DNA of 62,447 nucleotides from Candidatus Kapaibacterium sp. (GTDB lineage: Bacteria > Bacteroidota > Ignavibacteria > Kapaibacteriales > UBA2268). A program made the translations under genes and the position numbers. Under the pieces are notes generated by a model. The model worked only from the letters and a program-made list of their open reading frames with translations. It made no database searches and was not told the DNA's origin. Where the stretch lies: assembly GCA_937995785.1 (NCBI GenBank), contig CALKJQ010000054.1, forward strand, positions 1 to 62,447, read 5' to 3'. Each line of letters begins with the position of its first letter. Positions within the stretch are counted from its first letter, which is position 1. Shown here in pieces: positions 45,952-55,277 of the stretch.

Positions 45952-47064
45952 ATGCAATCGAATTTGCCAGCGGATTTGTGTGTAGTATCGTATTCCGACC
46001 TCAACTACGATGCCCGAAGTGCAAACTTAATTGATTTTTACATAAATCATAGTTTTAAGGTAATCACTTATTCAATCTCCAAATTTAATGCATCGTCGAC
46101 GGCAAATAACATAGTTTTTAATTCAAACGATTCAAATAGATTTCTTATAAATTGGCTCAAATTCCTTTTTAAAGGATTTGCCAACAAAAAACATATAAAT
46201 GCAAAATTATATTTTGCCGCCGATTTGTATTCCTTAATTTTTCTACGAATTTTGTTGATACCTCCATCGGTAATTATTTATGATTCGCGAGAAATATTTT
46301 CGGCACTTGCCACCTTGCGAAAGCAATCATTAAAACAAAAGATACTGACACTCGCCGAAGATATTGCGGTTCGAAATGTAAAAAAAATAGTCGTTTCTGG
46401 AGAATTAGACGCAGATTATTTAGGTAATTACTTTAATGACAGACAAAAAAAATACTTTGTCATAAAAAATCTACCTAAAGAAACAAATATAATTGAATCC
46501 AATTATCTACGAGAAATATTTTTAATACCAAACGACAAAATTATACTTATTTACCAGGGAGTTTTACTGCCTGGCAGAGGAATTAAACCATTATTAGAAG
46601 CTTTGGAAATTACTGACAAATACGTTTTAGTGATTGTTGGGGATGGATTTTATAAGCATCAAATTATAGACATAATAAAAAATAAAAAATTAGAAAACAA
46701 AGTTTTTTTACACCAACAAGTGAATTACAATCAGCTACTAAACATAACTGCTTCGGCAGATATTGGAGTGAGTTTGATTGAACCTATAACTTTTTCCTAC
46801 GAATTGGCTCTGCCAAATAAATTGTTCGAATATGTTTATGCAGGATTGCCCGTGTTAGTAACAGATTTGCCCGCAATGACACAATTCGTTGTTGATAACA
46901 AAGTAGGAGAAATTGTTCCGCCTACACTTCGTCCCCAAGAAATTATCGAAGCATTAAACAAATTAACCACCAATATTGATGAATATAAAACTTCGATAAT
47001 TCGTAAAAGAGGCAATTTTACCTATCAAAGCCAGTCACAAACTTTATTAAAAATATTAGAATAG
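45952..47064 (+). CDS. glycosyltransferase (GT-B fold, GT4-like)
   Basis: C-terminal E-x7-E region LPNKLFEYVYAGLPVLVTD, and YQGVLLPGRGI. Confidence 0.75.
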   Translation: MQSNLPADLCVVSYSDLNYDARSANLIDFYINHSFKVITYSISKFNASSTANNIVFNSNDSNRFLINWLKFLFKGFANKKHINAKLYFAADLYSLIFLRILLIPPSVIIYDSREIFSALATLRKQSLKQKILTLAEDIAVRNVKKIVVSGELDADYLGNYFNDRQKKYFVIKNLPKETNIIESNYLREIFLIPNDKIILIYQGVLLPGRGIKPLLEALEITDKYVLVIVGDGFYKHQIIDIIKNKKLENKVFLHQQVNYNQLLNITASADIGVSLIEPITFSYELALPNKLFEYVYAGLPVLVTDLPAMTQFVVDNKVGEIVPPTLRPQEIIEALNKLTTNIDEYKTSIIRKRGNFTYQSQSQTLLKILE

Positions 47065-47156
47065 TAAAAAAAATCGTTTTCTTGAATTAATTTAAAAAAA
47101 CATTTGTTAATTTTGAAAATATTATTAATGTCTAAATTTTAAAGGAGGCAAGCCAT

Positions 47157-47630
47157 ATGAAAAAGTTAGTAGCTGCTATGTTCTTTTTTCTTTTTTTTCT
47201 TACAAGCATTTCGTTTTTGAATGCCCAAGATGCTAATCAAACTTCAAAAATCATTAACTATTGCGGAGCACGCTTTAATGTTTTTTTGAAAGATGCAGGC
47301 GTTCCAATCGATATTTCACCTTTGTGTTCGGGCGAGAGTAGCACCGAAGTTTTTTTCGATTTCAAAGACTTTGGGGCAGTTATCGATAAAAAAATGGTTG
47401 TTAGAGTTATATTTTTTTCGGATTCAAAAAACTTCTCGTATAAGGGATTAACGATGAAATCTACTTACAAAGATGTGGAAAAGATTTTAGGAAAGCCAAA
47501 CGAGAAAATAGAAAGAGCCTCAGGTAATGGCTATTTATGGGAATATCCTATCGACGAAATCTTTAGTAGTATGTATTTTTGGTTCGATAACGATATGAAA
47601 TTGGAAAAAGTAAGCGTTGAATTAAAATAA
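47157..47630 (+). CDS. hypothetical secreted protein
   Basis: Signal peptide MKKLVAAMFFFLFFLTSISFLNAQ and an AGGAGG Shine-Dalgarno sequence upstream. I recognise no family. Confidence 0.6.
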   Translation: MKKLVAAMFFFLFFLTSISFLNAQDANQTSKIINYCGARFNVFLKDAGVPIDISPLCSGESSTEVFFDFKDFGAVIDKKMVVRVIFFSDSKNFSYKGLTMKSTYKDVEKILGKPNEKIERASGNGYLWEYPIDEIFSSMYFWFDNDMKLEKVSVELK

Positions 47631-47635
47631 TATTT

Positions 47636-48946
47636 CTAGTTAAATTCATTTAATAACTCAGCTAATTTTCTTGCAGATTCTTTACGTTCGTAATTGCATA
47701 TGGCGGCTGTGTTAAAATTATCAAGATGGCGATGGTTTCGCCACAATTCGAATAGTTGATAAAAATTATCAGCTATTTTTTTTGTATTTGATTGATGAGC
47801 AATTAGTCCCGCACCTGTTTCTGCAATTAAATTGGCTATTGCACCTTGCTCGGGAGCGACAACAAGCAATGGTTTGTAAGTCCCAAGATATTCGTAAACT
47901 TTACCAGGAACAATTTCTTCGCTTTCCTTGCTTTCGTCAACTATTAGCAATAATGCATCACTTTCGAGCAATTTTTGGATACTCTCGCTATGAGGCAAAT
48001 AATTAATTCTTATAATTCTGTCCCTAAAAGATGATTCATCCATCATTTGATGAACTTCTTGACCAAATCGTCCTATAAATTGTAAAGTAAAATCATTTTT
48101 CGAGATTTTCGATTCTTGAATTAAAAATTCTAATGCTTCGAACAATGCTTTTGGGTTTCGTTTTCCATACATTGAACCTGTGTAGGTTAGGGTAAAAACA
48201 TCATTTCGTTTATGTTCAATATTTGGATAATCGTCCGAATCGAAACCATTTGGTATGTGGATAAATTTATATTCGGGTAAATCAGGATATTTTTGTAATG
48301 CATCTTTTTTAATTCCAAGCCACGCAACTTCCACATAGTCTGCTGATTGAAATACTTTTTTCTCCATTCTTCTATCAATGAATTTTGGCAAGAACCAGCG
48401 AGGCGGTGCTTGGATGAAATCGGTCCAAGGGTCGCGAAACCCCGCAATCCAAGGTACTTTTAATTTATTCTTGGCATAATTGGCAATTATCGAGCAAGTG
48501 TAGGGCGGCGAAGAACTATAAATTGCATCAATTTTATTTTCTTCAATAACTTTTTTTAGTTCACTTTTCGAGGTGAAGTACCAACCAATTCTTGCATCGG
48601 GAATAAAAAAAGTGCCACGAATAAACTCAATAAATCGCTCCTTAAAACTTAGCTTTGCCCCTTCTTTTTTTATTATGTTAACATCTACGGGTTCGCCTTG
48701 CTTTTTGCCAGTGAGTTTACGATAAAAATTATAAGGCTCGAAAATTTTGCTGCGAACTACTTTCACATCCTTCGGAATTTCGTTTAATAAACTATAATCA
48801 AATGCGGGATAATCGGCATCGCGGACAGTGAATACTATTGGATTCCAACCAAATTGACGTAGGTATTTGACGTGCTTGAGAACGCGCTGAACTCCCGGAC
48901 CACCAGATGGGGGGAAATAATAAGTAATTACAAGAAGATTCTTCAT
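47636..48946 (-). CDS. glycosyltransferase (GT-B fold, GT4-like)
   Basis: N-terminus MKNLLVITYYFPPSGGPGVQRV and C-terminal GKVYEYLGTYKPLLVVA nucleotide-sugar-binding region. It overlaps the hisS stop by 4 bp. Confidence 0.75.
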   Translation of the reverse strand: MKNLLVITYYFPPSGGPGVQRVLKHVKYLRQFGWNPIVFTVRDADYPAFDYSLLNEIPKDVKVVRSKIFEPYNFYRKLTGKKQGEPVDVNIIKKEGAKLSFKERFIEFIRGTFFIPDARIGWYFTSKSELKKVIEENKIDAIYSSSPPYTCSIIANYAKNKLKVPWIAGFRDPWTDFIQAPPRWFLPKFIDRRMEKKVFQSADYVEVAWLGIKKDALQKYPDLPEYKFIHIPNGFDSDDYPNIEHKRNDVFTLTYTGSMYGKRNPKALFEALEFLIQESKISKNDFTLQFIGRFGQEVHQMMDESSFRDRIIRINYLPHSESIQKLLESDALLLIVDESKESEEIVPGKVYEYLGTYKPLLVVAPEQGAIANLIAETGAGLIAHQSNTKKIADNFYQLFELWRNHRHLDNFNTAAICNYERKESARKLAELLNEFN

Positions 48947-50196
48947 TTTAATGAATTCAGGAATGCTTCGACCGACATCGTTTGCTGCGCAGAGTCATTT
49001 AAATTCTTCAATGTTATAGTAGATTCTAAAAATTCACTTTCGCCTACTATTGCGGCAAAACGCGCGGCGATTTTATTTGCTTCTCTCATTTGGGCTTTAA
49101 AAGAACGACGCAGAATTTCGACAACTACAGATTTACCTAATTGCCTTAATTTATTTGCAATGTTTTGGGCATAGTTATAATAATCACTTTTTTGAAGAAT
49201 AAAATAATAATCTATATGTTGATTGTTAATGGGTAAACCACCTATTTGCTCCAAAATAAGTAGAAGTCTTTCGATTCCAAAAGCAAAACCCACTGCGGGA
49301 GTGGCTTTGCCTCCTAATTGTTCGAACAATCCATCATAACGCCCGCCACCACCAAAGGAATCCTGACTTCCAAGATAATTACTACGAAATTCGAAAACCG
49401 TATGGGAATAATAATCCAAACCACGTACTAATTTATTGCTTATTTCGAAATTGATTCCAATTTCCTCCAATCCTTTAAGCACCATATCAAAGTGAGTTCG
49501 ACTTTCTGAATCAAGACTATCAATAATAGCCGGGGCGTTTTCCAGTACTTTTAAATCATTCTCGTCTTTAGAATCGAGCACACGCAATGGATTAACCTCT
49601 AATCGAGTGCGGCTCTCGGTCGATAAATTCTCTGAATTATTTTTGAGATAATCAATAAGTGCAATTCGATAATTTGCTCTTGATTGCTCGTTGCCTAATG
49701 AATTTATTAAAAGTGTGTAACCATTAATTCCAATTGATTTAATCAGCTCTATTGCCAATAATATTATTTCGATATCAGCTTCGGGATTTGGTGAACCAAT
49801 TAATTCTGCACCATATTGGTGGAATTGACGCAATCGCCCTTTTTGGGGTCTCTCATATCGAAAAAATGGTCCAAAATACCATAGTCTAAGGATAGGACTC
49901 TCGTGGTTCAATGAATTTTGAATTATCGAACGCACCAATGCTGCGGTTGCTTCGGGTCGCAGAGTAACCGATTCGCCACCTTTGTCGGTAAATGTATACA
50001 TTTCTTTGTTTACTATATCGGTGGCTTCGCCAATGCTTCGGTGAAACACTTCAGTTTTTTCGAATATTGGAGTGCGAATTTCGGTATAGTTGAACCTATT
50101 TGAAATCTCATTAAATTTATCGAATAAAAAGTGCCATTGGTAGATATTTTCGGGTAAAATGTCCTTTGTACCGCGAATAGCTTGTATTTTTTCCAT
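48943..50196 (-). CDS. hisS: histidine--tRNA ligase
   Basis: IRGTKDILPE, class II motif 2 FRYERPQKGRLRQFHQ, and motif 3 GGGRYDGL. ATG 50196 lies 2 nt downstream of the preceding gene's stop; the tracked ORF extends to 50256. Confidence 0.93.
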   Translation of the reverse strand: MEKIQAIRGTKDILPENIYQWHFLFDKFNEISNRFNYTEIRTPIFEKTEVFHRSIGEATDIVNKEMYTFTDKGGESVTLRPEATAALVRSIIQNSLNHESPILRLWYFGPFFRYERPQKGRLRQFHQYGAELIGSPNPEADIEIILLAIELIKSIGINGYTLLINSLGNEQSRANYRIALIDYLKNNSENLSTESRTRLEVNPLRVLDSKDENDLKVLENAPAIIDSLDSESRTHFDMVLKGLEEIGINFEISNKLVRGLDYYSHTVFEFRSNYLGSQDSFGGGGRYDGLFEQLGGKATPAVGFAFGIERLLLILEQIGGLPINNQHIDYYFILQKSDYYNYAQNIANKLRQLGKSVVVEILRRSFKAQMREANKIAARFAAIVGESEFLESTITLKNLNDSAQQTMSVEAFLNSLK

Positions 50197-50198
50197 TA

Positions 50199-53100
50199 TT
50201 ACCTTTGTATTATCATTGTTCTCGAATACTTTCGTGTTGGTGTTTCCATTATGCAAAAATAAGTACCAGCGGGGATGTCGGTTAAGTCGATATTCATAGA
50301 ATACTCACCACGGGCTAACTCTCTGTTTACAATTTCTTTAATTAATTTACCTTGAGTATCGGTTAGATAAATTCTAGTGTTTTCGATTTCGATAACAGAA
50401 AATTCCAAAGTCGTAATTCCTTGTGTTGGATTTGGGAATGTCTGTTTTAAATAAACTTTGCCTTCGGAATCGAACAAACGGGTACCGCCCTCTGTGCAAA
50501 ATCCCGTTAATTTGAACAATCCATTTTGAGTAAATATCTTTAGCTTGCCCAGACCGATTGGAGTGCTATACTCTAATTGTAAATTCGACAGCGAGTCATT
50601 GCCCAATGCAGCCTTAAACCTAATTTTTGCTAATATAGAGTCTGAACCGAAATTTCGGGGTAAATCTAAAAGCATCACTCTATCATTGCCATCCATCCAG
50701 TTTGGATAATAATCCAATGGTGTGAGCAATGAAGCATTAAAACGCAAGTGGGTGCGAAAACCTGTAATTGATTTTCTAATGCCGTTGCGAGAGACATTAC
50801 TGATTTTTATTGGAATTTCGATTACTTCGCCAAGTGCAGCAGTATGATTCCCAACAGAAATGGTTAATGAATCGATTCGGGGTGTAATTCCTTCGCCAAG
50901 CAATCCAATTCTCAATGGTGATAAGGTGCCATTATAAATGAATGCAACAGTTCCATTGTTCACCTCCAACGCCGAGGGGGTGTATCTAATGGTAAGACCT
51001 AATGTTTGATTAGGGCGAAGTAATGTTTTCCCCGGATTGTTGATTATCCTAAAATGTGTAGTGTCGGGTTTTTGCAATTCAATTTTTTCGATTTCAACAT
51101 CAAAGAAACCTTTGTTAACAACCATCAATGAGACTGTTGAGTCGCGTGAATCTCCAATTTCAATTTGGTCGAAATCAATTATATTCATATAAGAATAAAT
51201 TCCTCGGTCAATTCCATTACCAGATAGAACTGCTCTGAAATTACCACCTGGAGTAACCACTTCGACGGTATCAAATATTTTGCCAGGTTTAGTTGGTCGA
51301 AATTGCATCTTAACGCGCATTGGCGTAAGTGTATCCAAATAAAATGGGACATTGATATCATTTAAAAACTGAAAGTTGCTGCTTTCGCCACCTAATATAC
51401 CAAGTTTACGAATCTGGAAATTAAAATCTGTTTTGTTGGTAAGAAAGTTGCTTATCGAAGTATCTTTGGAACTAAATATCGGCACATCTCCGAAATCCAT
51501 ATCAACCAAATCCATCGCCACAGGTTTTATTCTAAATAAGCAATCTGTGGTATCCATCTGCAAATCACGTTGTTCGAGATTCCATATTTTTGCTGTAAAG
51601 TCGCGTGAAGCAGTTAATATTCGCTTAGCGTCAAAATTGAAAACCGCAGTTAGAACCGATTTTGTATGTTCTTTTATTATGTGCGGCAATCCAGGGAAGC
51701 CCGTGTTTGCGTCCCACAATCGAACGTCCTCTTCGGAAGTTGTTAGCAGCATTTCTCCATATTTTGCCGAATAATAGAAACTTGCAGAGAAATGCACTAT
51801 GCCATCTTTGTGTTGGATTGTGTAAAGTGAGTCGGTAGTATTAAAATCAAATACGTAGACCCTTTTGGTTTGCAACGATACGATGGCAACTTTCGATGCA
51901 TTGTGGTTAAATGTAGCATAAGTTGCATTACCATATTTTTCGTAGGGATAAATCTCGCTCGCCACTCGGGTGTCGAATGCTTTGAAAGGAGTATTAACTT
52001 GGTTTTTCCAATCCCATACTTTTGCTATTCCATCATTACCGGCAGTTAAAATATATTTGTCGTCGTAACTAAATTCTGCATACCAGCATACCCCATATTT
52101 ATAGGCTGGGATATCTGCTATTTCGCTTAAATCGGTTGCATTAAAAACATCGGCACAACCATCATTACACGAGACTACAATGTATTGGTCGTCGTTCGAA
52201 AATCGAACAGAATTTGCAGTTTTGCCTAATTCCTTTTCCATAATCTTATTGCCACTCGCCACATCCCAAACAATCAGCTTTCCATCTTTACCAACGGATG
52301 CCGCGCGGTCGCCTTTTTTATTAAAATCCGCAAATTTTACCTCCATCGAATGACCTTGAAGATTGTGAACAATTCGCCCACTATTTGCATTCCAAATCAT
52401 CACAGATTTGTCGGCACTTGCAGTGATAACCAAATCGCCAACGGAATTGAAAAAAGCAGTATTAACTTCGCCTAAGTGCCGTAAATCCAAGGTTCTACCA
52501 ACATTGTTGGGCCATAATTGAATTGCTCTAATTAAACACTCATCCGATTGTATGTTTGGTACCGTCCATAAATAGGACAAATCTTGCACATTTCGGGCTA
52601 ATGTATCCCAATTTCTTCCGTTATCTATGGAATATTCTAATTGTATCACATCTTTAGGCAATAATCCGGTCCATCGAATCGAAAATGTGTCGCCGGGAAC
52701 AAGAGTTGTTTTGCATTCGGGCGTAAGCAACTTTATGGTCCTATCGACTGGTGGAGTATTGGGATAGCCGCCGGTAAGGTAAATTTCGCGACCGAGACAT
52801 GCCTCGGCATCTATTTCGAGTGTTGTGAAAGTGATTGCCGAATCCGACGGGGTGTAGCGAACCGTGAGGTTGATACTTTGATTTTCAGGTAATGTAATTT
52901 CCTCACCAATATTTCCCTTTACAATTTGATAGCGAATATCTTGAATACTAAACTTCTTGATTTTAATACTTCCATTAACCGCTGTGATTGCTATATCTAA
53001 ATCTTTGTAAGTGCCGGGGAGTACCGAGCTGAATCCAAGGGCAGGAGGATTAGCAACAAGTAAAGGTTTTTTGAAACTTTCAATTTTGTAAGTTGTATTT

Positions 53101-53981
53101 GTTTTGTAACTTTTTCCAGGAAGAGAGATTTCTACTTTGTGAAAATCATTACAAATGTTACGGTCTCGATAGGACAACAAACTTGGGGAGTATCCTAAAA
53201 TCAATGCATAGAAGTATTTAGCTAGTGCCCCTAAATTGTGAGTCGGTTCAATTTCGTCCACATAATAACCATTGGTTGCGGCAACCAACTCCAATATATC
53301 CTTGCTTGCAGGCTTGCCTATTATGAACACCAAGGGTCTTATCTGATTGTCTTGCATTTCTTTTATCACCTTGTTTTTTTCGATAAACAAAGAGCCGTCG
53401 GTAACAAGAATTGCAAATTTTGTATATTTAGAGGTTTTGTGAATTTCGGCAGCACCACCGGGTTTGTCGATAAATGCTTGGTCGATACTCGACGCACCTT
53501 CGGGTTGGAAATTATTTATAATTTTCGACAACTTATATTTACTATGGGCAAATCCTTGATGATAATAGTTTATTGCATCGAACGATGATAAAGCTATTTC
53601 GGTTACGTTGGTGTCAATAATTTTGATTAATTCGATAAAAAAATCTTTTCCAATATTGAATCTCGATTTTCCAAATTTACTATTTGTACTCATCGCCAAA
53701 TCAAAATGCAAACTCACGGACGCATTATCCAAAATGTTCTGAGTTTGATTTTGCAATTCAATGTTGTTGGGTATTAATCCATTATCGAGAACTACCAAAT
53801 TGTTTTTGTCGTAGTTCAATTTTGGGGCGACTTCGTCATTATCAAAAATAAATAATTCGTATTTTACTTCAGGATAAGATACTATATTAGTTTTATGGAT
53901 AACAATTCCACTCTGGGAATATAGAGTAAGGCAACTGAACAACAAAAACAATGCTGCAAGTGATTTATGTAACTTTTTCAT
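50199..53981 (-). CDS. 1260-aa T9SS cargo protein: vWA-like N-terminal domain, WD40 beta-propeller, Ig-like beta-sandwich segments, Por C-terminal sorting domain
   Basis: Signal peptide. The vWA-like strand pattern (FAILVTDGS) has a degenerate MIDAS. WD repeats: SADKSVMIWNANSG, GKDGKLIVWDVASG, GNDGIAKVWDW, EEDVRLWDA, SRDFTAKIWNL. C-terminal tail: FPNPTQGITTLEFSV...AGTYFCIM. Confidence 0.8.
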   Translation of the reverse strand: MKKLHKSLAALFLLFSCLTLYSQSGIVIHKTNIVSYPEVKYELFIFDNDEVAPKLNYDKNNLVVLDNGLIPNNIELQNQTQNILDNASVSLHFDLAMSTNSKFGKSRFNIGKDFFIELIKIIDTNVTEIALSSFDAINYYHQGFAHSKYKLSKIINNFQPEGASSIDQAFIDKPGGAAEIHKTSKYTKFAILVTDGSLFIEKNKVIKEMQDNQIRPLVFIIGKPASKDILELVAATNGYYVDEIEPTHNLGALAKYFYALILGYSPSLLSYRDRNICNDFHKVEISLPGKSYKTNTTYKIESFKKPLLVANPPALGFSSVLPGTYKDLDIAITAVNGSIKIKKFSIQDIRYQIVKGNIGEEITLPENQSINLTVRYTPSDSAITFTTLEIDAEACLGREIYLTGGYPNTPPVDRTIKLLTPECKTTLVPGDTFSIRWTGLLPKDVIQLEYSIDNGRNWDTLARNVQDLSYLWTVPNIQSDECLIRAIQLWPNNVGRTLDLRHLGEVNTAFFNSVGDLVITASADKSVMIWNANSGRIVHNLQGHSMEVKFADFNKKGDRAASVGKDGKLIVWDVASGNKIMEKELGKTANSVRFSNDDQYIVVSCNDGCADVFNATDLSEIADIPAYKYGVCWYAEFSYDDKYILTAGNDGIAKVWDWKNQVNTPFKAFDTRVASEIYPYEKYGNATYATFNHNASKVAIVSLQTKRVYVFDFNTTDSLYTIQHKDGIVHFSASFYYSAKYGEMLLTTSEEDVRLWDANTGFPGLPHIIKEHTKSVLTAVFNFDAKRILTASRDFTAKIWNLEQRDLQMDTTDCLFRIKPVAMDLVDMDFGDVPIFSSKDTSISNFLTNKTDFNFQIRKLGILGGESSNFQFLNDINVPFYLDTLTPMRVKMQFRPTKPGKIFDTVEVVTPGGNFRAVLSGNGIDRGIYSYMNIIDFDQIEIGDSRDSTVSLMVVNKGFFDVEIEKIELQKPDTTHFRIINNPGKTLLRPNQTLGLTIRYTPSALEVNNGTVAFIYNGTLSPLRIGLLGEGITPRIDSLTISVGNHTAALGEVIEIPIKISNVSRNGIRKSITGFRTHLRFNASLLTPLDYYPNWMDGNDRVMLLDLPRNFGSDSILAKIRFKAALGNDSLSNLQLEYSTPIGLGKLKIFTQNGLFKLTGFCTEGGTRLFDSEGKVYLKQTFPNPTQGITTLEFSVIEIENTRIYLTDTQGKLIKEIVNRELARGEYSMNIDLTDIPAGTYFCIMETPTRKYSRTMIIQR

Positions 53982-54000
53982 TTTTTCATCTCCCCAGTTA

Positions 54001-54008
54001 CAAAATTA
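54001..54008 (-). promoter_or_regulatory. Bacteroidota-type -7 promoter box (TAATTTTG) upstream of the 1260-aa gene
   Basis: The plus strand reads CAAAATTA, which is TAATTTTG on the minus strand. It lies 20 nt upstream of ATG 53981. Confidence 0.4.
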
Positions 54009-54127
54009 TCGAAAATTCTTTAATTATCATTAATTTACAATCAAAAAAAGTGCCAATAAAAAAGAATTCTCATTGGTTTAAGAATAAAAAAATCATAGAA
54101 TTTATTAAAATCGACGTTATTGCCGCT

Positions 54128-55261
54128 TTATAACCATTGATGTTTATTTTGATTGGCAATTTCCTCGACCAATCGCTTCACTTCTTGAACTCGCGAACGA
54201 GGGCAAATCATTACTGCATCATCGGTTAGTGCAACAACCATATTGGAATAGCCCAAAACCGATAGCAACATATCCTTTTTTTCGGATCGATTAATCAAAA
54301 TAGAATTATTTGTTTCCAATTCCACAACTTCGCCTTGGATGTAGTTTTGGTTTGCATCAACTGAATAAATCCGTGGTAAAGTTTCGAAAGAACCTAAATC
54401 TTCCCACGAAAAGGTAGCAGGCGCAACCACTACTTTTTTTGCTTTTTCCATCAAGGCATAATCAATAGAAATATCGGGAAAAGAGCTGTAGATATTCAAA
54501 ATGGATTTATTTTGCGTAAAATTATCCTCGTTAGGATTTTCATTAATTATTTCTTTCATCTCAAAAATTGCCTCGCCAATTTCCTTAGCGTATATTATCA
54601 TTTTGTTGATAAAAGTATCCAGCCGATAGAAAAACATTCCCGAATTCCATAAGTACCGATTGCTACGAAAATATTCGCCTGCTTTTATTTGGGTTGGTTT
54701 TTCGTGGAACGATTTTATAGGTTGTATCTGCAAAGATTGATTAGTGTAGTCGAAATCGGTTTCAACTTCTATATAACCATAGCCGGTTTCGGGACGTTCG
54801 GGTTTTATGCCAATAGTTGCCAAAACTTCGTTATAGTAAACATATTTTAACAACGCTTCCAGGGTATTGGAAAAAGAATGAATTGGGAAAATCCTTTGGT
54901 CGGCTGTTAAAACTGCAACCGAAATCTCGCTTTCGGTAATTCCACGTTGAGCCATTCGAGAGGCAATTATAGATGCCGCCAACGACAAACAAGGTGCAGT
55001 ATTACGCTTTAATGGTTCGGCAATTACGTTTTCTTTTGGGATGTCTGTTATTAAATTGGAAATCGAGTCCTTTAGATATTGGTTTGTTATGATAAAAATA
55101 TTATTGAGGTCAATAACGGTCGAAGCTCTTTCGATTGCCTCTTCGAGAAGGGTTGGAGTTTTGTCGTCAAATTTTATGATTTGCTTTGGGCGATTTATCC
55201 TGCTTAGGGGCCAAAATCTGTTGCCGGCGCCGCCAGCCATTATTATTGCTACTTTTTCCAT
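54128..55261 (-). CDS. manC: mannose-1-phosphate guanylyltransferase (nucleotidyltransferase domain only)
   Basis: MAGGAGNRFWPLSR (GGxGxRxxPLS motif), WNSGMFFY, and a left-handed helix region. Confidence 0.85.
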   Translation of the reverse strand: MEKVAIIMAGGAGNRFWPLSRINRPKQIIKFDDKTPTLLEEAIERASTVIDLNNIFIITNQYLKDSISNLITDIPKENVIAEPLKRNTAPCLSLAASIIASRMAQRGITESEISVAVLTADQRIFPIHSFSNTLEALLKYVYYNEVLATIGIKPERPETGYGYIEVETDFDYTNQSLQIQPIKSFHEKPTQIKAGEYFRSNRYLWNSGMFFYRLDTFINKMIIYAKEIGEAIFEMKEIINENPNEDNFTQNKSILNIYSSFPDISIDYALMEKAKKVVVAPATFSWEDLGSFETLPRIYSVDANQNYIQGEVVELETNNSILINRSEKKDMLLSVLGYSNMVVALTDDAVMICPRSRVQEVKRLVEEIANQNKHQWL

Positions 55262-55277
55262 TTCTTTTCTTTATTAA

